A DNA stretch of 64,000 nt, taken from Mnemiopsis leidyi. Its lineage: Eukaryota. The position numbers were made by a program, and so were the translations under genes. Under the pieces are notes generated by a model. It saw only the letters and a list, made by a program, of their open reading frames with translations. It made no database searches and was not told the origin of the DNA. Shown piece after piece: positions 24,068 through 34,200 of this stretch. Each line of letters opens with the position of its first letter. Position 1 is the first letter of the stretch. The stretch lies in the NCBI GenBank assembly GCA_048537945.1, contig CM108484.1, forward strand, positions 19,009,034-19,073,033. The letters run 5' to 3'.

Positions 24068-24246
24068 CTAGAAATTTTTTTAGAGAATAATGTATAATTA
24101 TTTAATCATCAATTTTAGTTATACAGTTGCAAATTTAGACGGTCAACAATGCAAATTGCAAACAAAACGAGATTTAATATCAATTTATTTGAAAACAAAA
24201 AGTGCTCCAGAGTCCAGAGTTCAGTCTTCAGATGTTTTTTACTCAC

Positions 24247-24490
24247 AGCTTCGATGTTTTGAGCCTCGGCTTTAAGTTGAGCTTGCTCGACAGCAGCTTG
24301 TCCCTCGATCTTGAGAGATTCAGCTCTGGATTGAGCCTCAGCCTTGGCTTGACCAGTGCTCTCTACAGCAGCAGACAGAGACTGCAGTTTCAACAGTTCT
24401 GTCCTGGCTTTTTCTGCTTCAGCTTCGTCGTGAATCTTCTGTCGCTCGAGTTTTCCTTTAGCTTGTTGCTCCAGGCGCTCAGCTTCGTGC
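24247..24490 (-). CDS. MVP: MVP exon 12 (C-terminal coiled coil): (R)[81 protein letters not shown]
   Basis: Acceptor catttccag| and donor GCT|GTGAGT. Matches the vertebrate [84 protein letters not shown]. Confidence 0.9.
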
Positions 24491-24892
24491 CTGGAAATGT
24501 TAAAAGAATGGAAAGGCTTATTTGAGATATCCAGCTCATTGAAAATGTGCAAAAGCAATTCACAAAATGAATCAGTGGAATGAGCGATATTGACTATTGG
24601 GAACGGCTCGAGACACTGAAACTGATGTCCTTACAAATAAGGAGAGGAAGATATTTGATCATACATCTGTGGAAGATGCAATGTTGAATGACAAGGCTCT
24701 GAACAACATCGATCTAAAATTCTATAGTTCCTCTAGACTTGGGATTAGAATATCCATCCACAAGTTCAGTCATCAGGCACAGAGGTTATACTCAACGGAG
24801 TATGACGACTCATTCGGGATTAAAGCTGCCGATCATGGAACCTCCTACCAAAACATGTCAACAGCAACACATCATTAGAGCGCTTAAAAGGT

Positions 24893-25193
24893 GCACTTGG
24901 CAGTGGCGTAACGTTGTAGGTCTAGCCAATATGGCGCCCCTCGGCGATGAAAATGCGCCCCTAAGTGGCGCCCCTGGTGTAAGGGCTTACTGGGAGCAAA
25001 TTGTGAAAAAATGGCAGAAAAATCTAAATAAAAAGTGAAGTTATTAAACCAAACACGCGATTTTGCTAGTCGCGCAGTTGATCTTGCAAAATTGTCCCAT
25101 ATTTCTATGACGATTTGGCGCCCCCTTATGACGGCGCCCCCCGGCGTAGCCGGGGTGGCCGGGGCATTGTTACGCCGCTGGCACTTGGCGATT
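24893..25193. mobile_element. small GC-rich inverted-repeat element with GGCGCCCC motifs, in an MVP intron
   Basis: CACTTGGCAGTGGCGTAACG at 24893 is an imperfect inverted match of GTTACGCCGCTGGCACTTGG at about 25170. The interior holds at least five copies of TGGCGCCCC/CGGCGCCCC, which is compositionally foreign to the AT-rich surroundings. Confidence 0.3.
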
Positions 25194-25832
25194 TTATGAG
25201 TCAGTTTTCGGATAGGCCGCCGGTGCATTCCTCCAGACAGCAACTCGCTACTTGAATGGCTTGCTAGGGGGAAGTGGATTTTGCGCTGACGGCAGGTCCG
25301 CACTTGTCTCACTCTCACGTTGTTATCGCCGCCTCCGGACGCTGCCGCAATGCCGCTAAGCAGCAGCAGGGGCAGATAACGTCTGGCGAGTCCGTACGTG
25401 AAATATATTATATAAGCGCGTCCATCAAAATATCAGGCGCGCCTTCCGCTCATAATTCAAGCTTGCATTAACATAAACATTTCACAAAAATTTTCCTTGC
25501 GATTAGGATTAACCTAGGCGGTTTGCGATACCCTTACTTCAACTGTTGACACGAAGCTGCTTTAAGGCTGAATTAAGGCCGTTTAAAACACTAAGATCCG
25601 AGATCAGAGTACCTAAGTCCACGTGAAAGCAATAAAACACGTGTGAGAGGCCAGGTGCGAAACTAAGCAATATGATACGGCCCGGCTCCCGAACAAAAAC
25701 GATTTAGATTTACAGAAGTGTGAAGGGAGCTTGGTGATCTCATACAACATCTTAGTAGTATTGTATAGCTGTATGTAACTGGAACTGGAACCCGCTAATT
25801 AGACTTTAACACGCTTAAGGAAGATAACCCAC

Positions 25833-25990
25833 CTGGCTGAAGCCTCCTGAGAGTTTGTTGTAATCTCTATAGCAAGCTGTACAGACTTCTGTAGGGAATC
25901 TCTGGTCCTCTGGTCTACTGGCTCCACTGACTGTATGTCCACATTTGTTATCACCAGACGGTTTGCGGCAAACTTGAAGTTTTCCTTCAC
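25833..25990 (-). CDS. MVP: MVP exon 11: [52 protein letters not shown]
   Basis: Acceptor ctctttaag| and donor CCAG|GTGGGT (phase 2). Matches the vertebrate [41 protein letters not shown]. Confidence 0.85.
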
Positions 25991-26168
25991 CTTAAAGAGA
26001 TTGAATGTCTGTAGAGCGTTAGAGTTTGGGGAAGAAAAGAAGGGAAGTTTAAGTGAGAATCAGTATATAAGAACTAAGAATTTTGTAAGCTAAAAAGTGC
26101 AAAGAAAAAGGATAAAGAGTAAAAGGTGAAAATAGCAATATAATGAGCGCTTATTGTAGAATAAAAAC

Positions 26169-26222
26169 CTTCATGTTTTCGTCGAGTCCAAATACTGAAG
26201 TTCTGATAATCCTTGCAGAATT
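26169..26222 (-). CDS. MVP: MVP exon 10 (micro-exon): NSARIIRTSVFGLDENMK
   Basis: Acceptor tttcttcag| and donor AAG|GTTTTT. Matches the vertebrate NSARIIRTAVFGFETSEAK. This exon is missing from the ORF track because it is only 54 nt, and it is needed to restore colinearity. Confidence 0.75.
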
Positions 26223-26343
26223 CTGAAGAAATTGCTTGTTAAATGTTTATATTGAAAAATAAATCAAAATTATTACCACTAAAATCAATGTTTATCTAAG
26301 AAGTGTCGATATTAAAGTTTCCGGTAATATGTAAGTATCTTAC

Positions 26344-26683
26344 CCTGTGGAAGTCGTCGAAAGGCACTGCAGCTACAGCACCTCTGATGCGAGAGGCAAG
26401 GGCTTTACACGCATCGCCAACAAAATCAGGAACAGCGAACAGAGCGGACGCGTGCTCCGCATTATCCTGAGTATAATCGAAGTGCCAGTTGTAGGAAAGC
26501 TGGAGCGCGAGACGCGCGTGGTCGCTTGTCTCCACTGTGATGATGTCTGTCATGAAGTCAGGACCAAGAAGGAGACAGAGAGAGCGAATACAGTTGGGAC
26601 GTTTGGGTTTCCCGCCGGACAGGGAAAGTTGGGTGAAGTGTTCGTCTGGAGCCAACATCACTAGGTCGGGTCCAAACACAACC
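26344..26683 (-). CDS. MVP: MVP exon 9: (R)[113 protein letters not shown]
   Basis: Acceptor ctattcag| whose AG is at plus 26684-26685. Donor AGG|GTAAGA. Near-colinear with the vertebrate [71 protein letters not shown]...FDDFHK. Confidence 0.9.
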
Positions 26684-26830
26684 CTGAATAGGGAACAGGG
26701 ATTAAACTATAGATCTCAATCACTAGGTCGGGTCCAAACACAACCCTAAATAGGGAACAGGGATTAACGTATAGTTCTCAATCACTAGGTCAGGTCGAAA
26801 CACAACCCTAAATAGAGAATAGGGATTAAA
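26650..26830 (-). repeat. 62-bp triplication that copies the acceptor and first 28 nt of MVP exon 9
   Basis: The genuine junction (minus) is attcag|GGTTGTGTTTGGACCCGACCTAGTGATG. Two more copies lie upstream in the intron with tttag|GGTTGTGTTTGGACCCGACCTAGTGATTGAGA and tttag|GGTTGTGTTTCGACCTGACCTAGTGATTGAGA. Confidence 0.9.
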
Positions 26831-27041
26831 CTATAGTTCTTAATCCAAATTTTAAATAGTGATGTATTGTTATAGTTATTTGTTAAATGAAGAAATGATT
26901 TAACTATACTAAATACAGAAATAGTAAAAGCAACATTTATTTAGTCAGCAATCTTACATAACTATTTTCAACACATATTTAAAAGATTTGAGCAACACAA
27001 ATTTAAACACAAATTTTAGATTTTAGCAAGTTCTATCTCAC

Positions 27042-27280
27042 CTAGCCTTCTTAGCCTTGTAGTCGTAGATCTGCGCAGCTGCATTGTGCGGAACTCTGTA
27101 AGACACAACCATGTGTTTGACACGAGACTTTGAGTCGCCCTTGTTGTGTGCGCGCGCAGTCCTGTCAGCCAAAGGGTCAACCTCAGCAGAAAGAAGTTTC
27201 TCGATCTGCTCTGGTAGAGGCTTATCCCACAGTTCCTCGTCTTGGTTAAGGACGTAGGTCTGTCCTACTACTGCTCTTAC
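27042..27280 (-). CDS. MVP: MVP exon 8: [79 protein letters not shown]
   Basis: Acceptor cccag| and donor GCTAG|GTGAGA (phase 2). Matches the vertebrate [81 protein letters not shown]. Confidence 0.85.
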
Positions 27281-27830
27281 CTGGGTAAGTTGGAAACTTG
27301 GTTATTGTGGGCAGCCGACATATCTAACTCTTTACAGCTTTACACAGTTTATACATTTATACAATTTATACATTTATACATTCTGCAATCTTGGCAGTGT
27401 GATCTACACCAGCTACACAGAAAGAAAATAATCTGATTGGGAGTAACAAAATTTCATTTATACAGTATACACTCCACACACTATATCTACATTCTACACA
27501 TTAAGTCTCAGCTCCTTGGGCAACGGAATGATTGGAATTTTCATTAGTAGCTATGGACGCTACATTGTTGTGTGTGATATCATGTTTGCATTCTTCCGAC
27601 AAGGTAAACTTTGAATGTAACGCTTTTTGAGTTGAAATATGAGTTAGATTAACTATGGATAGATATAAATATAGATTAAATAGGATTAATAATTTACGTT
27701 AGTTGAACTGTGGGAAAGGAAAGATGGTTAATTTAATGGCTGTTCACTGTTCAGTATTCAGAAGTAAAAACCTGCAATAAGAAAATATCTAAACCATAGT
27801 TTAAATAACCCTAACAGACAAAAAAACAAC

Positions 27831-27980
27831 CTTTCCAGTTTTGATGTCCCTGACGTAGATACCCTCGTTCTCATCGAGAGGCATGGCCTTCCTCCTGTCA
27901 ATAATCTCCATCTCTACAGTTGGGATGAACTCGCACGCTCCTCTTACCATCCACAAGTTTCCGGGCTGTCTCTCTACTCC
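27831..27980 (-). CDS. MVP: MVP exon 7: [50 protein letters not shown]
   Basis: Acceptor cgatttcag| and donor AAG|GTTGTT. Matches the vertebrate [42 protein letters not shown]. Confidence 0.85.
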
Positions 27981-28862
27981 CTGAAATCGAAAACTTTGTC
28001 AGAACGTAATTCGTTTTTTTGTGAGACAGTGATCTTCTTGTGTATCTGACTTACAATGAGATAGTGCACCATACCATTGCGGTGGTATTTCTCGGCAAGT
28101 TCCTTCTCAATTCCAAATTTAAAATTGAGTTGTTGTTAAATACGTAAGTTCGAACGACTTTCTTATTAAAAGTAGTTTCTAAGGCGTTCAAAGGAAACTA
28201 GGATAAACAACTTTTATCGCAATAACTCAATAAGGAAATGGGATGTAGCCGAGGTCTGACCAGGATTGTTTTATGGAAGCCAAATTATGAATGTAAATCT
28301 ACGTCACATAACATTGATACATAGCGCTGACTGATTAGGCTTCCCATTCTCAAGGGACTTGTACAGTGTATACTGTACATACAACTGCAAGCCCCAAGAT
28401 AAAGTTTACATAATAATACATATCATTATACTATCTTTTCGAAGATTTTGTTAAAGATAAAGGTACCAGGTATATTGTGTAAAGGTACCAGGTATATTGT
28501 GTAAACTGTTTCCGACCCAGAAGATGCATCAAATATAATTCGTACACAGTAGGGTTGAGAAGTTATCACAACACCCAACAACAATAATTTAATGATTATT
28601 TATTACTAGTATATCATATTTTAGGTCTTAGCGGGGTTGGCTACTAACAGTCAATTTGACTGACTTGCCAATCCCTCACAGCAATTTTGAAGCTCCACAT
28701 GTTATTTTTATGATTATTTATGTATTGCTGTGTAAATTTTAATCAAAATTCAAAAAATTTCTAGCTCTTAATCTGACTCGATAACATATTATTCTGCACT
28801 GTTATCTCAAGAGACGAAGTGTATGGGAACACTTTGTAGGTATTACACAGACCACAGGTGAC

Positions 28863-29693
28863 AGGATGTTGAATACCTTACAAGACATTTTTATAACGTA
28901 CGAAATGCGACGGTTTTCCCGAAATTTCGCCATATTTTCGGACCGCCAAAATTTCGGTCGTCGTAATAGAATCCGTCGCATTATTTTTAGTTTATTCCAA
29001 TAATTGTGGCGTCATCGATTCATTTTGTTCTTAAAAAGTTAGTGATATGATGGTGGGACAAATAAACAAAATATTCCATGATGAATTGAATGTCAAGTAA
29101 CAAGTTTTAAATTAACAATAAATTACATTCCTGTGCTAACATAAACGTTTTATAAGAGAATAAGTCAAGATAAACAATTTAATGCCAAACTCAATAAGTC
29201 ATGCGATGCAGATATACCGTCATTTATCAGTGGACTAAAATTTAGATTTTGAAATACTAAAATCAGCCAGTTATATACTAACCAGTTATCATCTTATTAC
29301 TCAAGTCAAAGGTTACTATCCATCGGGAAACTAACGATGTGTCTCTTCAACATGATCGGTATATGCGTGAGCCGTAAACGTGAAGCGGATAAAGGACGGA
29401 AGAGTATGCTGAGTCCCACAGTTGGTAACCGTGGGACATATTCCGTTAGAAGTTAGTAAATATTGTCACTATTTCACTATGTGCCACGGTGGCGAAATTA
29501 ATGGAGTTGTTGATTTTACCGATATTTAGAAAATTTTGAATTTACTTTGTGTCAGAAAACAAAATGATAAAAATAGCCTTATTTTCTGTGACGTCCGAAA
29601 TGTGACGGTTTTCATTCAATTTCGCCATATTTTCGGACCGCCAAAATTTCGGTCGTCGCAAATTGGTCCGCCACAAAAATGTCTTGTAAGGTA
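28863..29693. mobile_element. putative non-autonomous DNA element in an MVP intron (17-bp terminal inverted repeat plus 70-bp subterminal direct repeats)
   Basis: ACCTTACAAGACATTTTT at 28863 pairs with AAAAATGTCTTGTAAGGT at about 29676. Inside each end sits a copy of TTCGCCATATTTTCGGACCGCCAAAATTTCGGTCGTCG. Confidence 0.45.
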
Positions 29694-30306
29694 TTAAAGG
29701 TAAGAACTTTGTAGATTTAAGTTGTTGTGATGGCAACCAGAACCCCACAATGTAATGAGAGAGTTACTAATGACATTTCAGTACATCGGCCGATATACTC
29801 TACCTTCTAGAACATTCCATAGTTCCTGAAACAATGCTCTTACACAGACATTACACGCAGTTCATGAATTCTGTTCATCAGCAGGAGTGTGAGGTGTGTA
29901 ACACAGATCAGTTTGTTGTCAACTGTGTGGGTTGATTGTCGTTGTCATGGCAACGATCATTAGCTAAATGGAGGCCTGCATGAAAAGCAGTCTGAATTCA
30001 TGTACTCACTGCAATGTAACGGAGAAATCAGCAAAATAAGAGAATCTGCAGACATTACGTAAAGCCAATAAGATATTTCATGTTTTAACCTAGCCAGGTT
30101 GTTTGTGAATACAACAGATGTGCCTGTCCTTAAGTTGCTTTTACTTATTTTTCATAATTCAAAGATAAGTCCTCATCTGACGCAATTGTAACACATTTGT
30201 TAATTACTTGAGCTGCTGTTCAATTAGCCATAAACAGCTGAATCACAAAAGTAGGTCTTTATAATAAGTATATTCATTCAGATCACTACATATCAGGGAA
30301 ACTCAC

Positions 30307-30573
30307 ATTATCAGTGAAAGACAAGACCGCCTTGACGATGATAGCCTCGTCCTCCCCTAGAATGTGAACATCCTGAATTCCAGCCTCCAAACTCTCTCCG
30401 GGCTGGAGGAAGAAACTCTTCTCTCCCTTGATGAGCTTCCTCTGTCCCAGCTTGTTCTTGCCGTCGTCTCCCATGGGGTCCAGGATCACACAGTACTGTC
30501 GGTTTGTCAGGGTCGAGATGTTCACAACTTGGATCACGTTCTCGTGTACGTCCGGGATAAACGCTTCTGAGTC
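30307..30573 (-). CDS. MVP: MVP exon 6: [89 protein letters not shown]
   Basis: Acceptor cacctacag| and donor AAT|GTGAGT. Matches the vertebrate [76 protein letters not shown]. Confidence 0.85.
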
Positions 30574-30746
30574 CTGTAGGTGGATGGATTTATGAAGGAG
30601 CAGCCATGTTACGGCATTCTAGTAAAGTTTTTGAGAGATTTGAGTAAGCAAGATTTTAAAAGATATCTTATCACAGTAGAGAAAATTGAGATAAGAAGAA
30701 ATGACTAAAGACAATATCTACATTCTAGAACTGCTGCAGTCCAAAC

Positions 30747-30959
30747 CTTGATAGTGATAAGCCACTGTTCTCCGCTTTTCCTGTTCACTCCAAACCTATC
30801 TTTGTAGCTCTGGAGCGCCTCGAGGTGCAGGGCGATGTTCTCTGTCAGGATGTACGCGGAGATGAACCCGACAACTTGCTCGTACGCGCCGGGGAGGTAC
30901 GCGCCGGTCTTGTTGACCAGCCATTCCTCGCCACAAACACGGTCTTTGCCTTGCTGGTC
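30747..30959 (-). CDS. MVP: MVP exon 5: DQQGKDRVCGEEWLVNKTGAYLPGAYEQVVGFISAYILTENIALHLEALQSYKDRFGVNRKSGEQWLITIK
   Basis: Acceptor cctgcag| and donor AAG|GTTTGG. Matches the vertebrate [71 protein letters not shown]. Confidence 0.85.
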
Positions 30960-31087
30960 CTGCAGGTAATATGTACAGGAATGTGGAGTGTGAGTGTTGG
31001 GATTAGTGTCAGACACCGCGGTCATTATAAAAGAATTTACGTACACGCTGTGCAGCGATAGTATTTGGTTTACAAGAGAGTACATAC

Positions 31088-31191
31088 CTTGCAGGCTTTA
31101 AGAGCTCGGAGTCTGAGGGCCTGGTTTGGACTGATAATGCTGGCTCTGATTGTCTCTACAACTTCCACAAACTTGTGAGGGAGGTAGGTTC
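31088..31191 (-). CDS. MVP: MVP exon 4: (G)[34 protein letters not shown]
   Basis: Acceptor tatcttcag| whose AG is at plus 31192-31193. Donor AAG|GTATGT. Matches the vertebrate [34 protein letters not shown]. The 6.6 kb minisatellite begins 10 bp upstream of this acceptor. Confidence 0.8.
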
Positions 31192-31200
31192 CTGAAGATA

Positions 31201-34200
31201 GGTAACAGTTAGCTCTACCTCACTGCTCTAGCTCTATTCTGTTGTCATGTACTAACTACTTAGTTACCTAGCTCTACCTCACTGCTCTAGCTCTATTCTG
31301 TTGTCATGTACTGACTACTAAGTTACCTAGCTCTACCTCACTGCTCTAGCTCTATTCTGTTGTCATGTACTGACTACTTAGTTAGCTAGCTCTACCTCAC
31401 TGCTCTAGCTCTATTCTGTTATCATGTACTGACTTCTTAGTTACCTAGCTCTACCTCACTGCTCTAGCTCTATTCTGTTGTCATGTACTGGCTGCTTAGT
31501 TAGCTAGCTCTACCTCACTGCTCTAGCTCTATTCTGTTATCATGTACTGACTACTTAGGTAGCTAGCTCTACCTCACTGCTCTAGCTCTATTCTGTTGTC
31601 ATGTACTGACTACTTAGTTACCTAGCTCTACCTCACTGCTCTAGCTCTATTCTGTTGTCATGTACTGACTACTTAGTTACCTAGCTCTACCTCACTGCTC
31701 TAGCTCTATTTTGTTATCATGTACTGACTACTTAGTTAGCTAGCTCTACCTCACTGCTCTAGCTCTATTCTGTTATCATGTACTGACTACTTAGTTAGCT
31801 AGCTCTACCTCACTGCTCTAGCTCTATTCTGTTATCATGTACTGACTACTTAGTTAGCTAGCTCTACCTCACTGCTCTAGCTCTATTCTGTTGTCATGTA
31901 CTGACTACTTAGTTACCTAGCTCTACCTCACTGCTCTAGCTCTATTCTGTTATCATGTACTGACTACTTAGTTAGCTAGCTCTACCTCACTTCTCTAGCT
32001 CTATTCTGTTGTCATGTACTGACTACTTAGTTAGCTAGCTCTACCTCACTGCTCTAGCTCTATTCTGTTGTCATGTACTGACTACTTAGTTACCTAGCTC
32101 TACCTCACTGCTCTAGCTCTATTCTATTATCATGTACTAACTACTTAGTTAGCTAGCTCTACCTCACTGCTCTAGCTCTATTCTGTTGTCATGTACTGAC
32201 TACTTAGTTACCTAGCTCTACCTCACTGCTCTAGCTCTATTCTGTTATCATGTAGTGACTACTTAGTTACCTAGCTCTACCTCACTGCTCTAGCTCTATT
32301 CTGTTATCATGTACTGACTACTTAGTTACCTAGCTCTACCTCACTGCTCTAGCTCTATTCTGTTATCATGTAGTGACTACTTAGTTACCTAGCTCTACCT
32401 CACTGCTCTAGCTCTATTCTGTTATCATGTACTGACTACTTAGTTACCTAGCTCTACCTCACTGCTCTAGCTCTATTCTGTTATCATGTACTGATTACTT
32501 AGTTAGCTAGCTCTACCTCACTGCTCTAGCTCTATTCTGTTATCATGTACTGACTACTTAGTTACCTAGCTCTACCTCACTGCTCTAGCTCTATTCTGTT
32601 GTCATGTACTGACTACTTAGTTAGCTAGCTCTACCTCACTGCTCTAGCTCTATTCTGTTATCATGTACTGACTACTTAGTTAGCTAGCTCTACCTCACTG
32701 CTCTAGCTCTATTCTGTTATCATGTACTGACTACTTAGTTAAATAGCTCTACCTCACTGCTCTAGCTCTATTCTTTTATCATGTACTGACTACTTAGTTA
32801 GCTAGCTCTACCTCACTGCTCTAGCTCTATTATGTTATCATGTACTGACTACTTAGTTACCTAGCTCTACCTCACTGCTCTAGCTCTATTCTATTATCAT
32901 GTACAGACTACTTAGTTAGCTAGCTCTACCTCACTGCTCTAGCTCTATTCTGTTGTCATGTACTGACTACTTAGTTAGCTAGCTCTACCTCACTGCTCTA
33001 GCTCTATTCTGTTGTCATGTACTGACTACTTCGTTACCTAGCTCTACCTCACTGCTCTAGCTCTATTCTGTTGTCATGTACTGACTACTTAGTTAGCTAG
33101 CTCTACCTCACTGCTCTAGCTCTATTCTGTTGTCATGTACTGACTACTTAGTTAGCTAGCTCTACCTCACTGCTCTAGCTCTATTCTGTTGTCATGTACT
33201 GACTACTTAGTTAGCTAGCTCTACCTCACTGCTCTAGCTCTATTCTGTTGTCATGTACTGACTACTTAGTTAGCTAGCTCTACCTCACTGCTCTAGCTCT
33301 ATTCTGTTGTCATGTACTGACTACTAAGTTAGCTAGCTCTACCTCACTGCTCTAGCTCTATTCTGTTGTCATGTACTGACTACTTAGTTACCTAGCTCTA
33401 CCTCACTGCTCTAGCTCTATTCTGTTATCATGTACTGACTACTTAGTTAGCTAGCTCTACCTCACTGCTCTAGCTCTATTCTGTTGTCATGTACTAACTA
33501 CTTAGTTAGCTAGCTCTACCTCACTGCTCTAGCTCTATTCTGTTGTCATGTACTGACTACTAAGTTAGCTAGCTCTACCTCACTGCTCTAGCTCTATTCT
33601 GTTGTCATGTACTGACTACTTAGTTACCTAGCTCTACCTCACTGCTCTAGCTCTATTCTGTTGTCATGTACTAACTACTTAGTTACCTAGCTCTACCTCA
33701 CTGCTCTAGCTCTATTCTGTTGTCATGTACTGACTACTTAGTTACCTAGCTCTACCTCACTGCTCTAGCTCTATTCTGTTGTCATGTACTAACTACTTAG
33801 TTACCTAGCTCTACCTCACTGCTCTAGCTCTATTCTGTTGTCATGTACTGACTACTTAGTTAGCTAGCTCTACCTCACTGCTCTAGCTCTATTCTGTTGT
33901 CATGTACTGACTACTTAGTTAGCTAGCTCTACCTCACTGCTCTAGCTCTATTCTGTTGTCATGTACTGACTACTTAGTTAGCTAGCTCTACCTCACTGCT
34001 CTAGCTCTATTCTGTTGTCATGTACTGACTACTAAGTTAGCTAGCTCTACCTCACTGCTCTAGCTCTATTCTGTTGTCATGTACTGACTACTTAGTTACC
34101 TAGCTCTACCTCACTGCTCTAGCTCTATTCTGTTATCATGTACTGACTACTTAGTTACCTAGCTCTACCTCACTGCTCTAGCTCTATTCTGTTGTCATGT

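Noticed and set aside
24202-24525. 107-aa plus-strand ORF opposite the MVP coiled-coil exon
   Set aside because: It is an antisense ORF produced by the heptad and codon periodicity of the MVP exon 12 coiled coil. The minus-strand frame matches MVP residue for residue.
24884-25318. 144-aa GC-rich minus-strand ORF inside an MVP intron
   Set aside because: It has compositionally odd GGCGCCCC repeats, no homology was recognised, and it is flanked by imperfect inverted repeats. It fits better as a small inserted element than as a gene.
28055-28125. Minus-strand segment translating IEKELAEKYHRNGMVHYLI with flanking AG and GT
   Set aside because: Including it would insert about 20 residues where vertebrate MVP has none. 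A direct exon 6 to exon 7 join (..SFTDN|[14 protein letters not shown]) is colinear with MVP EGEDEEKVSHQAGDHWLIRG.
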